In this document: in pieces, positions 38,238 to 47,837 of the stretch
How the letters are laid out: every line of letters starts with the position of its first letter
How positions within the stretch are numbered: the stretch's first letter is position 1
Source of the DNA: an uncultured Fibrobacterota bacterium
GTDB lineage: Bacteria > Fibrobacterota > Chitinivibrionia > Chitinivibrionales > FEN-1185
DNA: 64,000 bases
Direction: 5' to 3'
Assembly: GCA_963753345.1 (NCBI GenBank)
Contig: CAVWBU010000026.1
Location: 192,001 to 256,000 of the forward strand
Program-made: the position numbers and the translations under genes
Notes under the pieces: generated by a model
Seen by the model: the letters and a program-made list of their open reading frames with translations, nothing else
What the model was told of the DNA's origin: nothing
The model's database searches: none

Positions 38238-39266
38238 CTACGCCTTTTCCGCCAACTCTTTAATTAGTCTCTCCGTATCATCCCACCCCAGACACGGATC
38301 GGTAATCGACTTCCCATATACATTTTCATCCGGCTTCTGCGTTCCTTCCTCAATAAAGCTCTCGATCATGAGGCCGCGAACGATTTTCCGCAGCGTGGGG
38401 GACTGTCTTCTGCTCTCCATGATCTCGAGCGCGATCCTCGGCTGGTCCTTGTACCGCTTGTTGGAATTGGAGTGGTTGGTGTCGACCACGATTGCCGGAT
38501 TGACAAGCCCGCGCCGGTGGTATTTCTCCGCGCAGAGCATGAGGTCCTCGTAGTGGTAGTTGGGGATGTTCTGCCCGTAGTGGTTCACCGCGCCGCGCAG
38601 CACCGCATGCGCGTGCGGGTTGCCGCTCGTGCTCACTTCCCACCCGTTGTAGAGAAAAACGTGGCCCGTCTGCGCCGCCGCAATGGCGTTGAACATCACC
38701 TCCATGTCGCCGCTTGTAGGGTTCTTGGCGCCCACCGGAATGTCAAGCCCGCTCACGGTGAGGCGGTGCGCCTGGTTCTCAACCGAGCGCGCGCCGATTG
38801 CGACGTACGAAAGCAGGTCTTCGAGGTAGGGATAGTTTTCCGGGTACAGCATTTCGTCGGCTGCGGAAAGCCCGGTCTCGGAGAGCGCGCGGATGTGCAT
38901 GCGCCGTATGGCGCGCAGGCCCTCCACGATGTTCGGCTCCTTCTGCGGGTCGGGCTGGTGAGCCATGCCCTTGTATCCCACGCCCATGGTGCGGGGCTTG
39001 TTGGTGTAGATGCGCGGCACAAGGATGAGGCGGTCTTTCACTGCTTCGCCGGTCTTGGCGAGCCTGTTGATGTAGTCGCACACCGCGTCTTCGTCGTGCG
39101 CCGAGCACGGGCCGACGATGAGCACGAATCGGTCGGTTGTTCCCGACAGGGCGTCGATGATGTCGCGATCGCGCTGCTGCTTGATGTCGGTGAAGTATTT
39201 TGACAAGGGCATCTGCGAGAGAATTTCCTTGACTGTGGGGACTTTCTTGAGTTTCTTGAAGCTCAT
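38238..39266 (-). CDS. 3-deoxy-7-phosphoheptulonate (DAHP) synthase, class I (AroF/G/H-type)
   Basis: GPCSAH, KPRT.G.GYKG, IGARS, KNPTSG, DTNHSNS, SITDPC. Confidence 0.93.
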   Translation of the reverse strand: MSFKKLKKVPTVKEILSQMPLSKYFTDIKQQRDRDIIDALSGTTDRFVLIVGPCSAHDEDAVCDYINRLAKTGEAVKDRLILVPRIYTNKPRTMGVGYKGMAHQPDPQKEPNIVEGLRAIRRMHIRALSETGLSAADEMLYPENYPYLEDLLSYVAIGARSVENQAHRLTVSGLDIPVGAKNPTSGDMEVMFNAIAAAQTGHVFLYNGWEVSTSGNPHAHAVLRGAVNHYGQNIPNYHYEDLMLCAEKYHRRGLVNPAIVVDTNHSNSNKRYKDQPRIALEIMESRRQSPTLRKIVRGLMIESFIEEGTQKPDENVYGKSITDPCLGWDDTERLIKELAEKA

Positions 39267-39450
39267 GGATATTTCCAATACAATAAAGGGTGATGACTGA
39301 AACGGAAAGTTACCTTTTGAAATATACAATCAAGAGATGTGATTTAGGTGGGGGAAGTGCCCACTTGTAAGTAAGAAAGGCGGAAATTGGGCGCCCCGCC
39401 GCTATGCGGCGGAACGCCCAATTCTTCTTTCTATCGTACTTACCATGCAG

Positions 39451-40677
39451 TCAATAATCCGCTATTATCTCCTCGCCATTGACAACTACGAGTCTCGCCT
39501 CCGGCTCGCCCATGATGAGTTCTTCGAGAAGGTCGGCACCGGGTTTCTGCGGAAAGCGCAGGCCCGTGATGTCGGCCCGCAGCCCCGTCGCAAGGCTTCC
39601 GATTTGTGAAGATGCGCCGAGCGCGGCCGCCGGGTTTGAGGTGATCCAGCGGAGCATGTCGGCCGCCGGCACATGGGGGTACGCGCGCCGGGCGCAGAAC
39701 AGTTCGTCGAACAGGTTCATGGAGCGCTCGAGCGAGAGGCTCTCGGTGGCGGCGCAGAGCAGCATGCCGCGGTTGATCGCGGCGTCGAGCGGGAAAGCCT
39801 TGTGGCCCGCTTCGCGCGAGTACTGGAAGCAGAGCACGATGGACGCACCGAGCTCGGCAAGCCGCGAAAGCTCCTGGCCGTTGACGTAATTGCAGTGGTA
39901 GCAGATCGCTCCCGGCGGGATCAGGTTTTCCGAAAGCGCGCAGTCCATGGAGCCCGTGGTCACCCGGCCGAAAGGCCAGGGCTTTCGGCGCGTCATCTGA
40001 AAATAGAGGTCGCCGGTCTGATCGGAAAACGCCTGGAGCTCCTCTGCGCTCTCCGCGACATGGCACGACCACAAATACCCGTTTCGGCGTCCGAACTCGG
40101 CAAGGGCCGCGTGAGCGTCCGGCGACAGCGAGTACACCGCATGCGGTCCTACCCCGGTGGCGGCGCGGTCCGCGGCCGCGCCGATACGGTGGGAAAGCGC
40201 GACGACGATTTCGTTCTCGTCCTCGGCCGTCTCGGGGTGCGCCTCGTGGAACACATAGGAGCGGATAGGCTCCTGCGCAAGCACGCGGCCGGAAATTCCC
40301 CTTTGTGAACAGTCCGCCACGGTGGTGATGCCGGACGAAAGCATTTCCCTGGTCGCGAGCCGCACCGCGTTTTCAATCGCGGCGTCGGAACAATGGCGCA
40401 GCCGCGTGCCGCGCTTCGCGGTCCACGAGGCGAATGTTTCGTTTTCGGCCCTCGGCATGTCGCGCACTACGTTTTCCTCAAGGTGCGTGTGGATGTTGAT
40501 GAGGCCGGGCAGAAGAAACATGTCGCCGAGGTTCACCACGCGGTCTTGGTCGCCGTGTTTCGTCCAGCCCCTTGGTCCGGCGCTCAGGATACGGCCGTTC
40601 TCCACGGATACTGCCGCGTTGTGAAGCACTTCGAAGGAGGGGAGAAGGACCCATTTGGCGAAATAAATAGTAGCCAT
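39451..40677 (-). CDS. Metal-dependent amidohydrolase (nucleoside deaminase-like)
   Basis: PGLINIHTHLE, GITTVAD, PHAVYS, HVAES, G.L..G.RAD. Confidence 0.85.
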   Translation of the reverse strand: MATIYFAKWVLLPSFEVLHNAAVSVENGRILSAGPRGWTKHGDQDRVVNLGDMFLLPGLINIHTHLEENVVRDMPRAENETFASWTAKRGTRLRHCSDAAIENAVRLATREMLSSGITTVADCSQRGISGRVLAQEPIRSYVFHEAHPETAEDENEIVVALSHRIGAAADRAATGVGPHAVYSLSPDAHAALAEFGRRNGYLWSCHVAESAEELQAFSDQTGDLYFQMTRRKPWPFGRVTTGSMDCALSENLIPPGAICYHCNYVNGQELSRLAELGASIVLCFQYSREAGHKAFPLDAAINRGMLLCAATESLSLERSMNLFDELFCARRAYPHVPAADMLRWITSNPAAALGASSQIGSLATGLRADITGLRFPQKPGADLLEELIMGEPEARLVVVNGEEIIADY

Positions 40678-40720
40678 GTGATGAGGTGCAAAATAAGTCT
40701 TCCAAGAGACGAGAAGATCT

Positions 40721-40885
40721 GGGCGTTCCCCTCCCCCTCGACAAGCTCGGGGTCGGGTCGGTTCTCCTTCCGGTCTCGGGCCATGCCCTCGGGCCGCCAC
40801 GGCCCTATGGCCCACAGGGCCGGGTCCGGGCGGCATCCCGCTATGGCGGGACCTCCAGTCGCCCCTAACGCGCGGAAACGGAATT
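40721..40885 (+). repeat. Module A, copy 7
   Basis: GGGCGTTCCCC..GGGTCGG..CCTAACGCGCGG. Confidence 0.9.
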
Positions 40886-40966
40886 CTATTCAGTCAATTA
40901 CCTATTCTTGCGCCAATTGGAATCTCAGGGAGAAAAGCAACATTCTTGATGTTAACTTTTCAACTA

Positions 40967-41116
40967 TTCAACTCTCTTTCTCGGGTGCCCCCGCAGCCGA
41001 AGCTTGTTTCTTGCAAATCAACTCTCTTGGGGGCCACCCACGAGGGGGTATGCCGCCCGGATCACCGGTGCGCAGCGCCGGAAGCCGGCAGCGAGGGGGA
41101 CACTTCCCCCACCAAC
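40967..41116 (+). repeat. Module B, copy 6
   Basis: GGGTGCCCCCGCA..GGGGGCCACCCACGAGGGGG..GGGGGACACTTCCCCCAC. Confidence 0.9.
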
Positions 41117-41242
41117 TAAGTACTATTTACCAAAAATTCTAGAAATTACAGTTGCACATCAATCCATCACGGAGCCATTTTTGAGGGCTGTCGAAAATGC
41201 GACGCGGGCAAAATTGGTTTATTACTCAGCCGAGAAACGTTT

Positions 41243-43894
41243 ATGAACGCCGCCCCCAACGCTCCGAACCGGCCTGCCCCGAAAAGGTCCCTTCTCAAGT
41301 CAAAAACCGCCGCCGATGCAAGGAAGCTCATTGACGCATGCGCATGCACCGAAGGCGAGGCGTTTCGCATTCTGCAAACCGGGCAGGCCGGGCTCTCAGC
41401 GCAACAGGCTGCGGAGCGCCTCGCTACGGTAGGTCCCAACACCCCGGCGTCGGCGCGGAAGACTTCCGCATTGGTGGACCTTTTCCAGCGCGGAAAGGAC
41501 CCGCTGGTGATCCAGCTCATGGTGATAAGCGTCGTGGCACTGCTCATGGGCGACGTGCGGTCGGCCGTGGTGGTGGCGCTCATGCTGATGCTGAGCGTGG
41601 TGCTCGCCTATGTTCAGGAGCAGCGCTCCATCCGGGCGGCCGAGGAGCTCAAAAAGCTGGTTCAGACGTCGGCGCTGGTGGTCCGCGACGGCAAGGAACA
41701 GGAGATACAGCTGTCCGAGGTTGTTCCGGGCGACCTTGTGGTGCTCGCGGCCGGCGCCATCATCCCCGCCGACATCCGCGTCGTATCGGCAAAAGACTTC
41801 TTTGTCAACCAATCGTCCATGACCGGCGAGTCCATGCCCGTGGAAAAGGGCCCGGCGGTCGCGGCCGCGCCGGTGACCGAGGCGCTCGACCTCCCCAACG
41901 CGTGCTTCCAGGGGAGCACCGTGGTGAGCGGTTCGGCCAGGGGCGTCGCGGTGTGCACCGGAGGGTCAACGCTGCTCGGCGCCATCGCGCGCGACGTGTC
42001 GCGCGACAAGGAGGCCACGAGCTTTGACAAAGGGGTAAAATCGTTCGTATGGCTCATGGTGCGGTTCATGGTGGTGATGGTGTCGGCGGTGTTTCTTATT
42101 GTGGGCATCACCAAACACGACTGGATGGAGGCGCTTTTGTTCGGGCTTTCGGTGGCCGTGGGTCTCACGCCCGAGATGCTCCCCATGATAATGACCGTGT
42201 GCCTGTCCAAGGGCGCCATCGCTATGTCGCGGAAAAAGGTTATCGTCAAGAAGCTCAAGGCCATTCAGAATTTCGGGGCCATGAACATATTGTGCACCGA
42301 CAAGACCGGCACGCTCACGCAGGACAAAATCGTGCTCGAACGGTACGTCGACGTCACCAACCGGCCCAGCGAGGACGTGCTGCGCTACGCCTACATGAAC
42401 AGCTACTACCAGACCGGCCTGAGAAACCTGCTCGACAAGGCGATACTGGGCCACGAAGACCTCGATGTGGAACGCTCCTGCCGCAAGGTCGACGAACTGC
42501 CATTTGATTTCGTGCGCAAGCGCATGTCGGTGGTTATCGACAGCGAAGACATGCATGTTCTTATCTGTAAAGGCGCGGTCGAGGAGGTGTACGGCGTTTC
42601 CACCTATTACCAGGTGGACGACGACATTTACCCCCTGTTTGATGTTGTGCGCAACGATCTCATGGAGGAGTACCAGCGCCTGAGTTCCGACGGCTACCGC
42701 GTGCTGGCGGTCGCCTACAAGGAATTCCCTAAAGACAAGGAGTCGTTTTCCGCAGCGGACGAAACCGGCCTGGTGCTGCTCGGGTACCTCGCGTTCTTCG
42801 ACCCGCCCAAGGAATCGTCGGCGCAGGCCATCAAGGCGCTCTCGGAAGCGGGCGTCGCGGTGAAGATCCTCACGGGCGACAACGAACTTGTCACGCGCAA
42901 CGTTTGCAGGAACGTGGGGCTGGACGTGGACACCGTGATCACCGGTTCCCAGCTCGCCGGGCTTTCCGAGGAGCAGCTCTGTAAGACGGTGATCGAGGGC
43001 GTGGCGTTCGCCCGTCTGTCTCCCATGCAGAAGGAGACGATCATCGAGTGCCTCAAGCGCCAGGGCAAGACCGTGGGCTTTCTGGGCGACGGCATCAACG
43101 ACGCGGCGGCGCTCAAGGCCGCCGATGTGGGCATTTCGGTGGACACCGCGGTGGACATCGCCAAGGAATCGGCCGACATCATCCTCCTCGAGCGCAGCCT
43201 GCTCGTGCTGGAGGAGGGCATCAAGGAGGGCCGCAGGATTTTCGCGAACATCATCAAGTACATCAAGATGGGCGCGAGCTCGAATTTCGGCAACATGTTC
43301 AGCGTGGTGGGCGGCAGCTACTTTCTGCCCTTCTTGCCCATGGCGCCCATACAGGTGCTGCTCAACAACCTGCTCTACGACATATCGCAGACCGGCATTC
43401 CCACCGACCATGTCGACGAGGAACTGGTTGCGAAGCCGCAGGCCTGGGACGTGGGGTTCATCAGGCGGTTCATGATGATTATCGGGCCTATAAGCTCGAT
43501 ATTCGACTATGCCACGTTTTTTCTCATGCTGTACTTCTTCAAGTGCATTGTGTTTTCGCATGAGGGAACGTCCCACGAGATGAAATCGCACCTCGAATGC
43601 CTGTTTCACACCGGGTGGTTCATCGAATCGATTTTTACCCAGACGCTCATCGTCCACATCATTCGGACCAACAGGATCCCCTTTCTGCAAAGCAGGCCGA
43701 GCGCCGGACTCCTGTTCTCCACCCTCGGCATTCTCGCGGTGGGGGCGTACCTGCCGTATTCCCCTTTGGCAACATACCTCGGCCTCGTGCCGCTGCCGCT
43801 TGTCTACTGGGGGTGGATTGCCGGGTTTATGGCCTGCTACGCGCTCATCACCAACACGGTGAAGCAATGGTTTAACCGCAAATACGGAGTGTAA
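41243..43894 (+). CDS. mgtA: Magnesium-translocating P-type ATPase
   Basis: TGES, VGLTPEMLP, DKTGTLT, GDGINDA, ASSNFGN, TGWF.ES..TQ. Confidence 0.93.
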   Translation: MNAAPNAPNRPAPKRSLLKSKTAADARKLIDACACTEGEAFRILQTGQAGLSAQQAAERLATVGPNTPASARKTSALVDLFQRGKDPLVIQLMVISVVALLMGDVRSAVVVALMLMLSVVLAYVQEQRSIRAAEELKKLVQTSALVVRDGKEQEIQLSEVVPGDLVVLAAGAIIPADIRVVSAKDFFVNQSSMTGESMPVEKGPAVAAAPVTEALDLPNACFQGSTVVSGSARGVAVCTGGSTLLGAIARDVSRDKEATSFDKGVKSFVWLMVRFMVVMVSAVFLIVGITKHDWMEALLFGLSVAVGLTPEMLPMIMTVCLSKGAIAMSRKKVIVKKLKAIQNFGAMNILCTDKTGTLTQDKIVLERYVDVTNRPSEDVLRYAYMNSYYQTGLRNLLDKAILGHEDLDVERSCRKVDELPFDFVRKRMSVVIDSEDMHVLICKGAVEEVYGVSTYYQVDDDIYPLFDVVRNDLMEEYQRLSSDGYRVLAVAYKEFPKDKESFSAADETGLVLLGYLAFFDPPKESSAQAIKALSEAGVAVKILTGDNELVTRNVCRNVGLDVDTVITGSQLAGLSEEQLCKTVIEGVAFARLSPMQKETIIECLKRQGKTVGFLGDGINDAAALKAADVGISVDTAVDIAKESADIILLERSLLVLEEGIKEGRRIFANIIKYIKMGASSNFGNMFSVVGGSYFLPFLPMAPIQVLLNNLLYDISQTGIPTDHVDEELVAKPQAWDVGFIRRFMMIIGPISSIFDYATFFLMLYFFKCIVFSHEGTSHEMKSHLECLFHTGWFIESIFTQTLIVHIIRTNRIPFLQSRPSAGLLFSTLGILAVGAYLPYSPLATYLGLVPLPLVYWGWIAGFMACYALITNTVKQWFNRKYGV

Positions 43895-43896
43895 CC

Positions 43897-44709
43897 ATGA
43901 AGAGCCTTCTCTCGGCGCTCCAGGAAGGGCGCCTCGTGGAACTGCCGGACCCCAACAAGGAAAAGGCGCTGGAGTACCTTGCGCTGCTCATCGAGGCCAT
44001 TCCCGACGGGCACGCCCAGGCCGACATTGTCCAGGAAGTAAAGCAGCGGGAGGCGGCGGCGAGCACGGCGCTGGGCAAGGGCATCGCGTGCCCGCACGCG
44101 CGCAGGATCGGCGAGGGCGACCTGCTCTGCGCCGTGGGATGGTCGCCGCAGGGCATCGACTACGGCGCGCCCGACGGCCAGAAGGTGCAGCTCGTGATCA
44201 TGTACTTCATTCCCGACTCACAGCGCAATTCGTACCTCAAGGAGATCTCGGGCCTTGCCAAGGCCGTTGACAAAACAAAAGGCATCGCGTCCATCGCCAC
44301 CGCGGGCGACATCCATGCCGTCCGCAGCCAGCTGCTTGACTGGGTCGGATACGCCATCGACTCCGCGATCCCCGATGCCAAGGCGCGGATGATCAAGCTT
44401 CAGGAGAAGCAGGCTGCCATCATGGCCGGCGAACCCGGCAAGGCGGCGCGGCCGTTTACCATCGTTCCGTTCTACGTTCTCGTGGCCGAGGCGGCAAAAC
44501 CCGTGGTGCTCGCACCCGACGCCGATTTCGTGAAGGCCATCGAATCGCAACCGTCAATTACCGACCTGCTCCGAAAGACCGACGCGTTCGAGTGCGGCGG
44601 TTACCAGATCATGGTGCGCTCGGCCTCGAGCTTCGCGGCCAACAGGGTTCTGCATGATTGTCTTGCAGTAAAGCCTGCTCAGAGTCCTGGATCTTCCAAT
44701 ACCAAATAA
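43897..44709 (+). CDS. PTS EIIA (Ntr/Fru-type) domain protein with C-terminal extension
   Basis: RE..STALGKGIACPHAR phospho-His motif, GIDYGAPDG..V. Confidence 0.85.
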   Translation: MKSLLSALQEGRLVELPDPNKEKALEYLALLIEAIPDGHAQADIVQEVKQREAAASTALGKGIACPHARRIGEGDLLCAVGWSPQGIDYGAPDGQKVQLVIMYFIPDSQRNSYLKEISGLAKAVDKTKGIASIATAGDIHAVRSQLLDWVGYAIDSAIPDAKARMIKLQEKQAAIMAGEPGKAARPFTIVPFYVLVAEAAKPVVLAPDADFVKAIESQPSITDLLRKTDAFECGGYQIMVRSASSFAANRVLHDCLAVKPAQSPGSSNTK

Positions 44710-44716
44710 TGAAGCT

Positions 44717-44890
44717 GGGCGTTCCCCCTTTGTAGAGTTGCACAGCTGTGCAACTCTACAAAGGGGTCGGTCTCCCTCCGGGCTCGGCCTGTCGGCCTCG
44801 TTGCCGCTTGTCCCAACCGCCTTCGGCGAGGGATCAAGCGGCAATGCGCTCTGGCGCACCACTCCGGTCCACCTAACGCGCGGCAGAAGT
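44717..44890 (+). repeat. Module A, copy 8
   Basis: First arm holds GTAGAGTTGCACAGCTGTGCAACTCTAC. Confidence 0.9.
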
Positions 44891-45052
44891 TGACATCCGC
44901 AATTTTACGCTCCTCTTCGCACTATTAATCAAATCGATGAGTACCTTTCGCTCCCCCTCTCCCCGTGGGAGAGGGGGACGGGGGGTGAGGTTCTCCCCCT
45001 TATCAAGGGGGAGGTGCCGAAGGCGGAGGGGGTTCTTCCGCAGTGGTTGCGT

Positions 45053-45200
45053 TGCAAAGGGGCGACGGCTCGCGAGCGCCAAGCGAGCGACATAGCCGCG
45101 CCCCTTTGCTGGAGGGGGTGTGCCCCGAGACCCCGCAGACGCGCAAAGCGCGGCGAGGAGGCTTGGGGCCAGGGGGAAACGCGAAGCGGTGCCCCCACCA
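45053..45200 (+). repeat. Module B variant, copy 7 (different first hairpin)
   Basis: GCAAAGGGGCG..CGCCCCTTTGC then GGAGGGGGTGTGC..GGCCAGGGGGA..CCCCCACC. Confidence 0.7.
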
Positions 45201-45229
45201 AGAGCATTAATATTAACTATTGGTATTAG

Positions 45230-46630
45230 TCAATCATGAGCCGAAATCGAAAGCTTCCCCCGTGCCAGCACCACGGCCCGGATGGCGTTGTCGGTGAGGG
45301 TGACGCCGCCCAGGGCGAGCGAGTCGATGTCGCCGGTGACAAAGAGGTTCTTCGAGATTTCCTTGTGGGAGAGCATCTTCTGGACAAGGAGCTGCGTTTC
45401 GAGCAGGTGCTCGCGAAGCGGAAAGCGGAGAAACGGTTTCACCTTGTCAAGGATGATGCCGTGAAAGAGCCAGCCCGCGGCGGCATGCAGCGCGTTGCGC
45501 GTAGTGATGTCGAACTCCAGGTCCTCTATTGACACGGTGGAACTCGCTTCGTCGTACCGCACGCGGCCGATCACGTACACCGTACCCGAAAAGGAGCCGG
45601 TGAACTGGATGCTCACCACCGCATATCCCTGCATGCCGTACAGCGAGACGTCCTGGACGATCACTTCCTTGTCGCCTGCGGTAAAGTTCCTTCCCTTGAG
45701 CGCGCTTATGAGCATCTGGCTTGCGCTTGCATAGGAAATCTCGCTGTACAGGTTTATCACGAACGACGTGTCGATGCTGTCCGACACCGTGAACGGCGGC
45801 AGCGAATCGACCGGGTTTGACGCGGGCCGGTTACCCAGGAACGTTTCGGCAACCGAGCGTATGCCCACCGACCCCCGGATGGTTCCTGCCGTGCCCGAAA
45901 GCTGGGTCATGTACACCGACTGCGGGGAAAGCCTCAGCCACAGGCTGTCGGGCGCATTGGTGAGCAGGATGGGCGTCTGGATGCGCGTCCAGAGGGGCTG
46001 CAGCATTTTCTTGAGGTCGAGAGAGCCGTTCACGGCGCTGTCGACCATCGCGCCGAGCATATTCTGCTGTGTCAAGAGAATGACGTCCGCGACCGGAGTG
46101 ACGGGAATGGCAACAAACCGCAGGCGCAGCATGGGCTCGGATATCCATTCGTACCCGTCCGATTGCGTTGCGGTGACCACCTTCCAGTCGTTCTTGACGG
46201 AAAAGTGCGAGCGGAACTTGAGCGCCAGCGCCGCCTCCACCTCCTGGTATTCGGTGTGCGAGAACCCAAGCGCACCGACCGTGAACTGAAATTGCAGCCA
46301 GATCTTCAGCGGCACGCGGTACGATATTTCGTTTCCGTCAAGCGCTATCCGGATTGAGTCGCCCTTCCACACCTTAAGCTTGACCGGCTTCATGCCGGCA
46401 ACGGTCATGGTGTCGCATTCGTAAAGAAGGCCGTTCACCTGGTCGTTGAGGAGCTTCTCCAGGTACCACGATTTCATCTCAAGGGGCACGTCGATCACCG
46501 ACGGCACGGGCGCAAACGCGGCCGCGGGAGAGATGTCGGCCGGCAGCTCGGGCTTGGCGTTCTGGAGGGAAGGCTGCTTGCAGGATACAACAGCGAGGAA
46601 AAAGGAAAGGAGGATGATTTGTTTTTTCAT
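45230..46630 (-). CDS. DUF4403-like lipoprotein
   Basis: VVSC lipobox; SLWLRLSP..V and G.V...G...YD segments typical of the family. Confidence 0.65.
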   Translation of the reverse strand: MKKQIILLSFFLAVVSCKQPSLQNAKPELPADISPAAAFAPVPSVIDVPLEMKSWYLEKLLNDQVNGLLYECDTMTVAGMKPVKLKVWKGDSIRIALDGNEISYRVPLKIWLQFQFTVGALGFSHTEYQEVEAALALKFRSHFSVKNDWKVVTATQSDGYEWISEPMLRLRFVAIPVTPVADVILLTQQNMLGAMVDSAVNGSLDLKKMLQPLWTRIQTPILLTNAPDSLWLRLSPQSVYMTQLSGTAGTIRGSVGIRSVAETFLGNRPASNPVDSLPPFTVSDSIDTSFVINLYSEISYASASQMLISALKGRNFTAGDKEVIVQDVSLYGMQGYAVVSIQFTGSFSGTVYVIGRVRYDEASSTVSIEDLEFDITTRNALHAAAGWLFHGIILDKVKPFLRFPLREHLLETQLLVQKMLSHKEISKNLFVTGDIDSLALGGVTLTDNAIRAVVLARGKLSISAHD

Positions 46631-46813
46631 GACTGATTTTTTGGGCCTCAGGGTGAGCGGTTGACTCATCAGATCAAGAAGGAACAATGGTTCCAACAAT
46701 GGATATAAGCGCCATGGGTGGCTCGGAAAGGAATATAAATGATAGCCGTGGACGAAAAAAATACGGCTTGTCAACCATAGGGGTCAACAAACCGCATTTC
46801 CGGCAGAATCAGC

Positions 46814-47563
46814 TTACATCTCGTGATGATGATGCTTGTGCGGCCCCCATCCGCCGAGCACCAGCCTGATATACGGACCCGCCTGCTGGATGGACGGCAG
46901 ATCGCTCAGGACGACTCCGTCGGAATACCAGCGTTTGGTGTAGTACAGGTCCGCAAGGAATCCCACCCTCAGCCCTGCCGTAAGCCCCCTGGTGCCGTCT
47001 TTGTTGGCAAACAGGAAATTTGACCCGAGCCCGAGGTCAAGCAGCGGGGTGAACTGCCAGGCGTAAACATTCGGTTCGCTTGTCGCAAGGAGCGAGGCGA
47101 GGGTTCTTGAATTTGCACGGAAGAACATCGCGTTCAGTCCCGCGCCCAGTCCGAGATACGGGTACAGGCTTGCAAACAGGTCGGGCGGCAGCACATTGAA
47201 CCCGGCCCTGCCGGTAATGTCACCGACGAACAGCGAGGTTCGCAGACCCGCGTTGAGATTGTCGCCGTAAATGTCTAGCGACAGCGAGCGCTCCATGATC
47301 AGCCTGCGGAACTCCTTTTCCCTTCCGAACGACAATGTCCAGGCGTGGTCAGGAAATCCGCTGAGGCCGGATGAAGCAAGAAAACCGTTCAGTTGTCCCA
47401 GGGAAGTCCACGAGATCCCCGGGCTCACATAGCCGAACTCGCGGGTCGGCGTCATCATCTTTTTCATCGCCGAATCGCGGCTTTCCTGGTTCGGCTCTTC
47501 TGCGGCAACGGCCGACAGCGAAAGCAGCAGCATGCTTAACAAGATCCTGTTGAGCGTTCTCAT
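46814..47563 (-). CDS. Putative outer-membrane beta-barrel protein
   Basis: Signal peptide, YPYLGLGAG, GPYIRLVLG; AAGGAGG RBS. Confidence 0.65.
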   Translation of the reverse strand: MRTLNRILLSMLLLSLSAVAAEEPNQESRDSAMKKMMTPTREFGYVSPGISWTSLGQLNGFLASSGLSGFPDHAWTLSFGREKEFRRLIMERSLSLDIYGDNLNAGLRTSLFVGDITGRAGFNVLPPDLFASLYPYLGLGAGLNAMFFRANSRTLASLLATSEPNVYAWQFTPLLDLGLGSNFLFANKDGTRGLTAGLRVGFLADLYYTKRWYSDGVVLSDLPSIQQAGPYIRLVLGGWGPHKHHHHEM

Positions 47564-47837
47564 ACATGCCTCCTTGATGGTGTATCTCCTCTCGGGAAGG
47601 TGCCCGCTTCCCCTTCTTCCTATCTCTGTATTGTTAATTTACGGACAAGTGCCGTGAGAATTGCGGGTTTTGGATGATTAATCGCCACGGTTGGGCCGAT
47701 TAGGACTGCGGGGACCATGCCATGCGCCGGCAATCCAGCGGGTTTACAGGAGCTTGCATCAAATTTTGCAGGGGGTTATTTTTGTCCCGTTCATCGGTAC
47801 GCTGCGTTTCCCACAGAATGCGAAGGATGCCACACCC

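Noticed and set aside
41966-43867. Long antisense ORFs (633 aa here; similar ones opposite metH, the kinase fusion, argB and adh)
   Set aside because: These are shadow ORFs of GC-rich, well-supported genes on the other strand, with no motifs.
557-45200. CRISPR array or integron attC cassette interpretation of the repeats
   Set aside because: Copies are long, dispersed and in both orientations among housekeeping genes; there are no regular spacers, cas genes or integrase.
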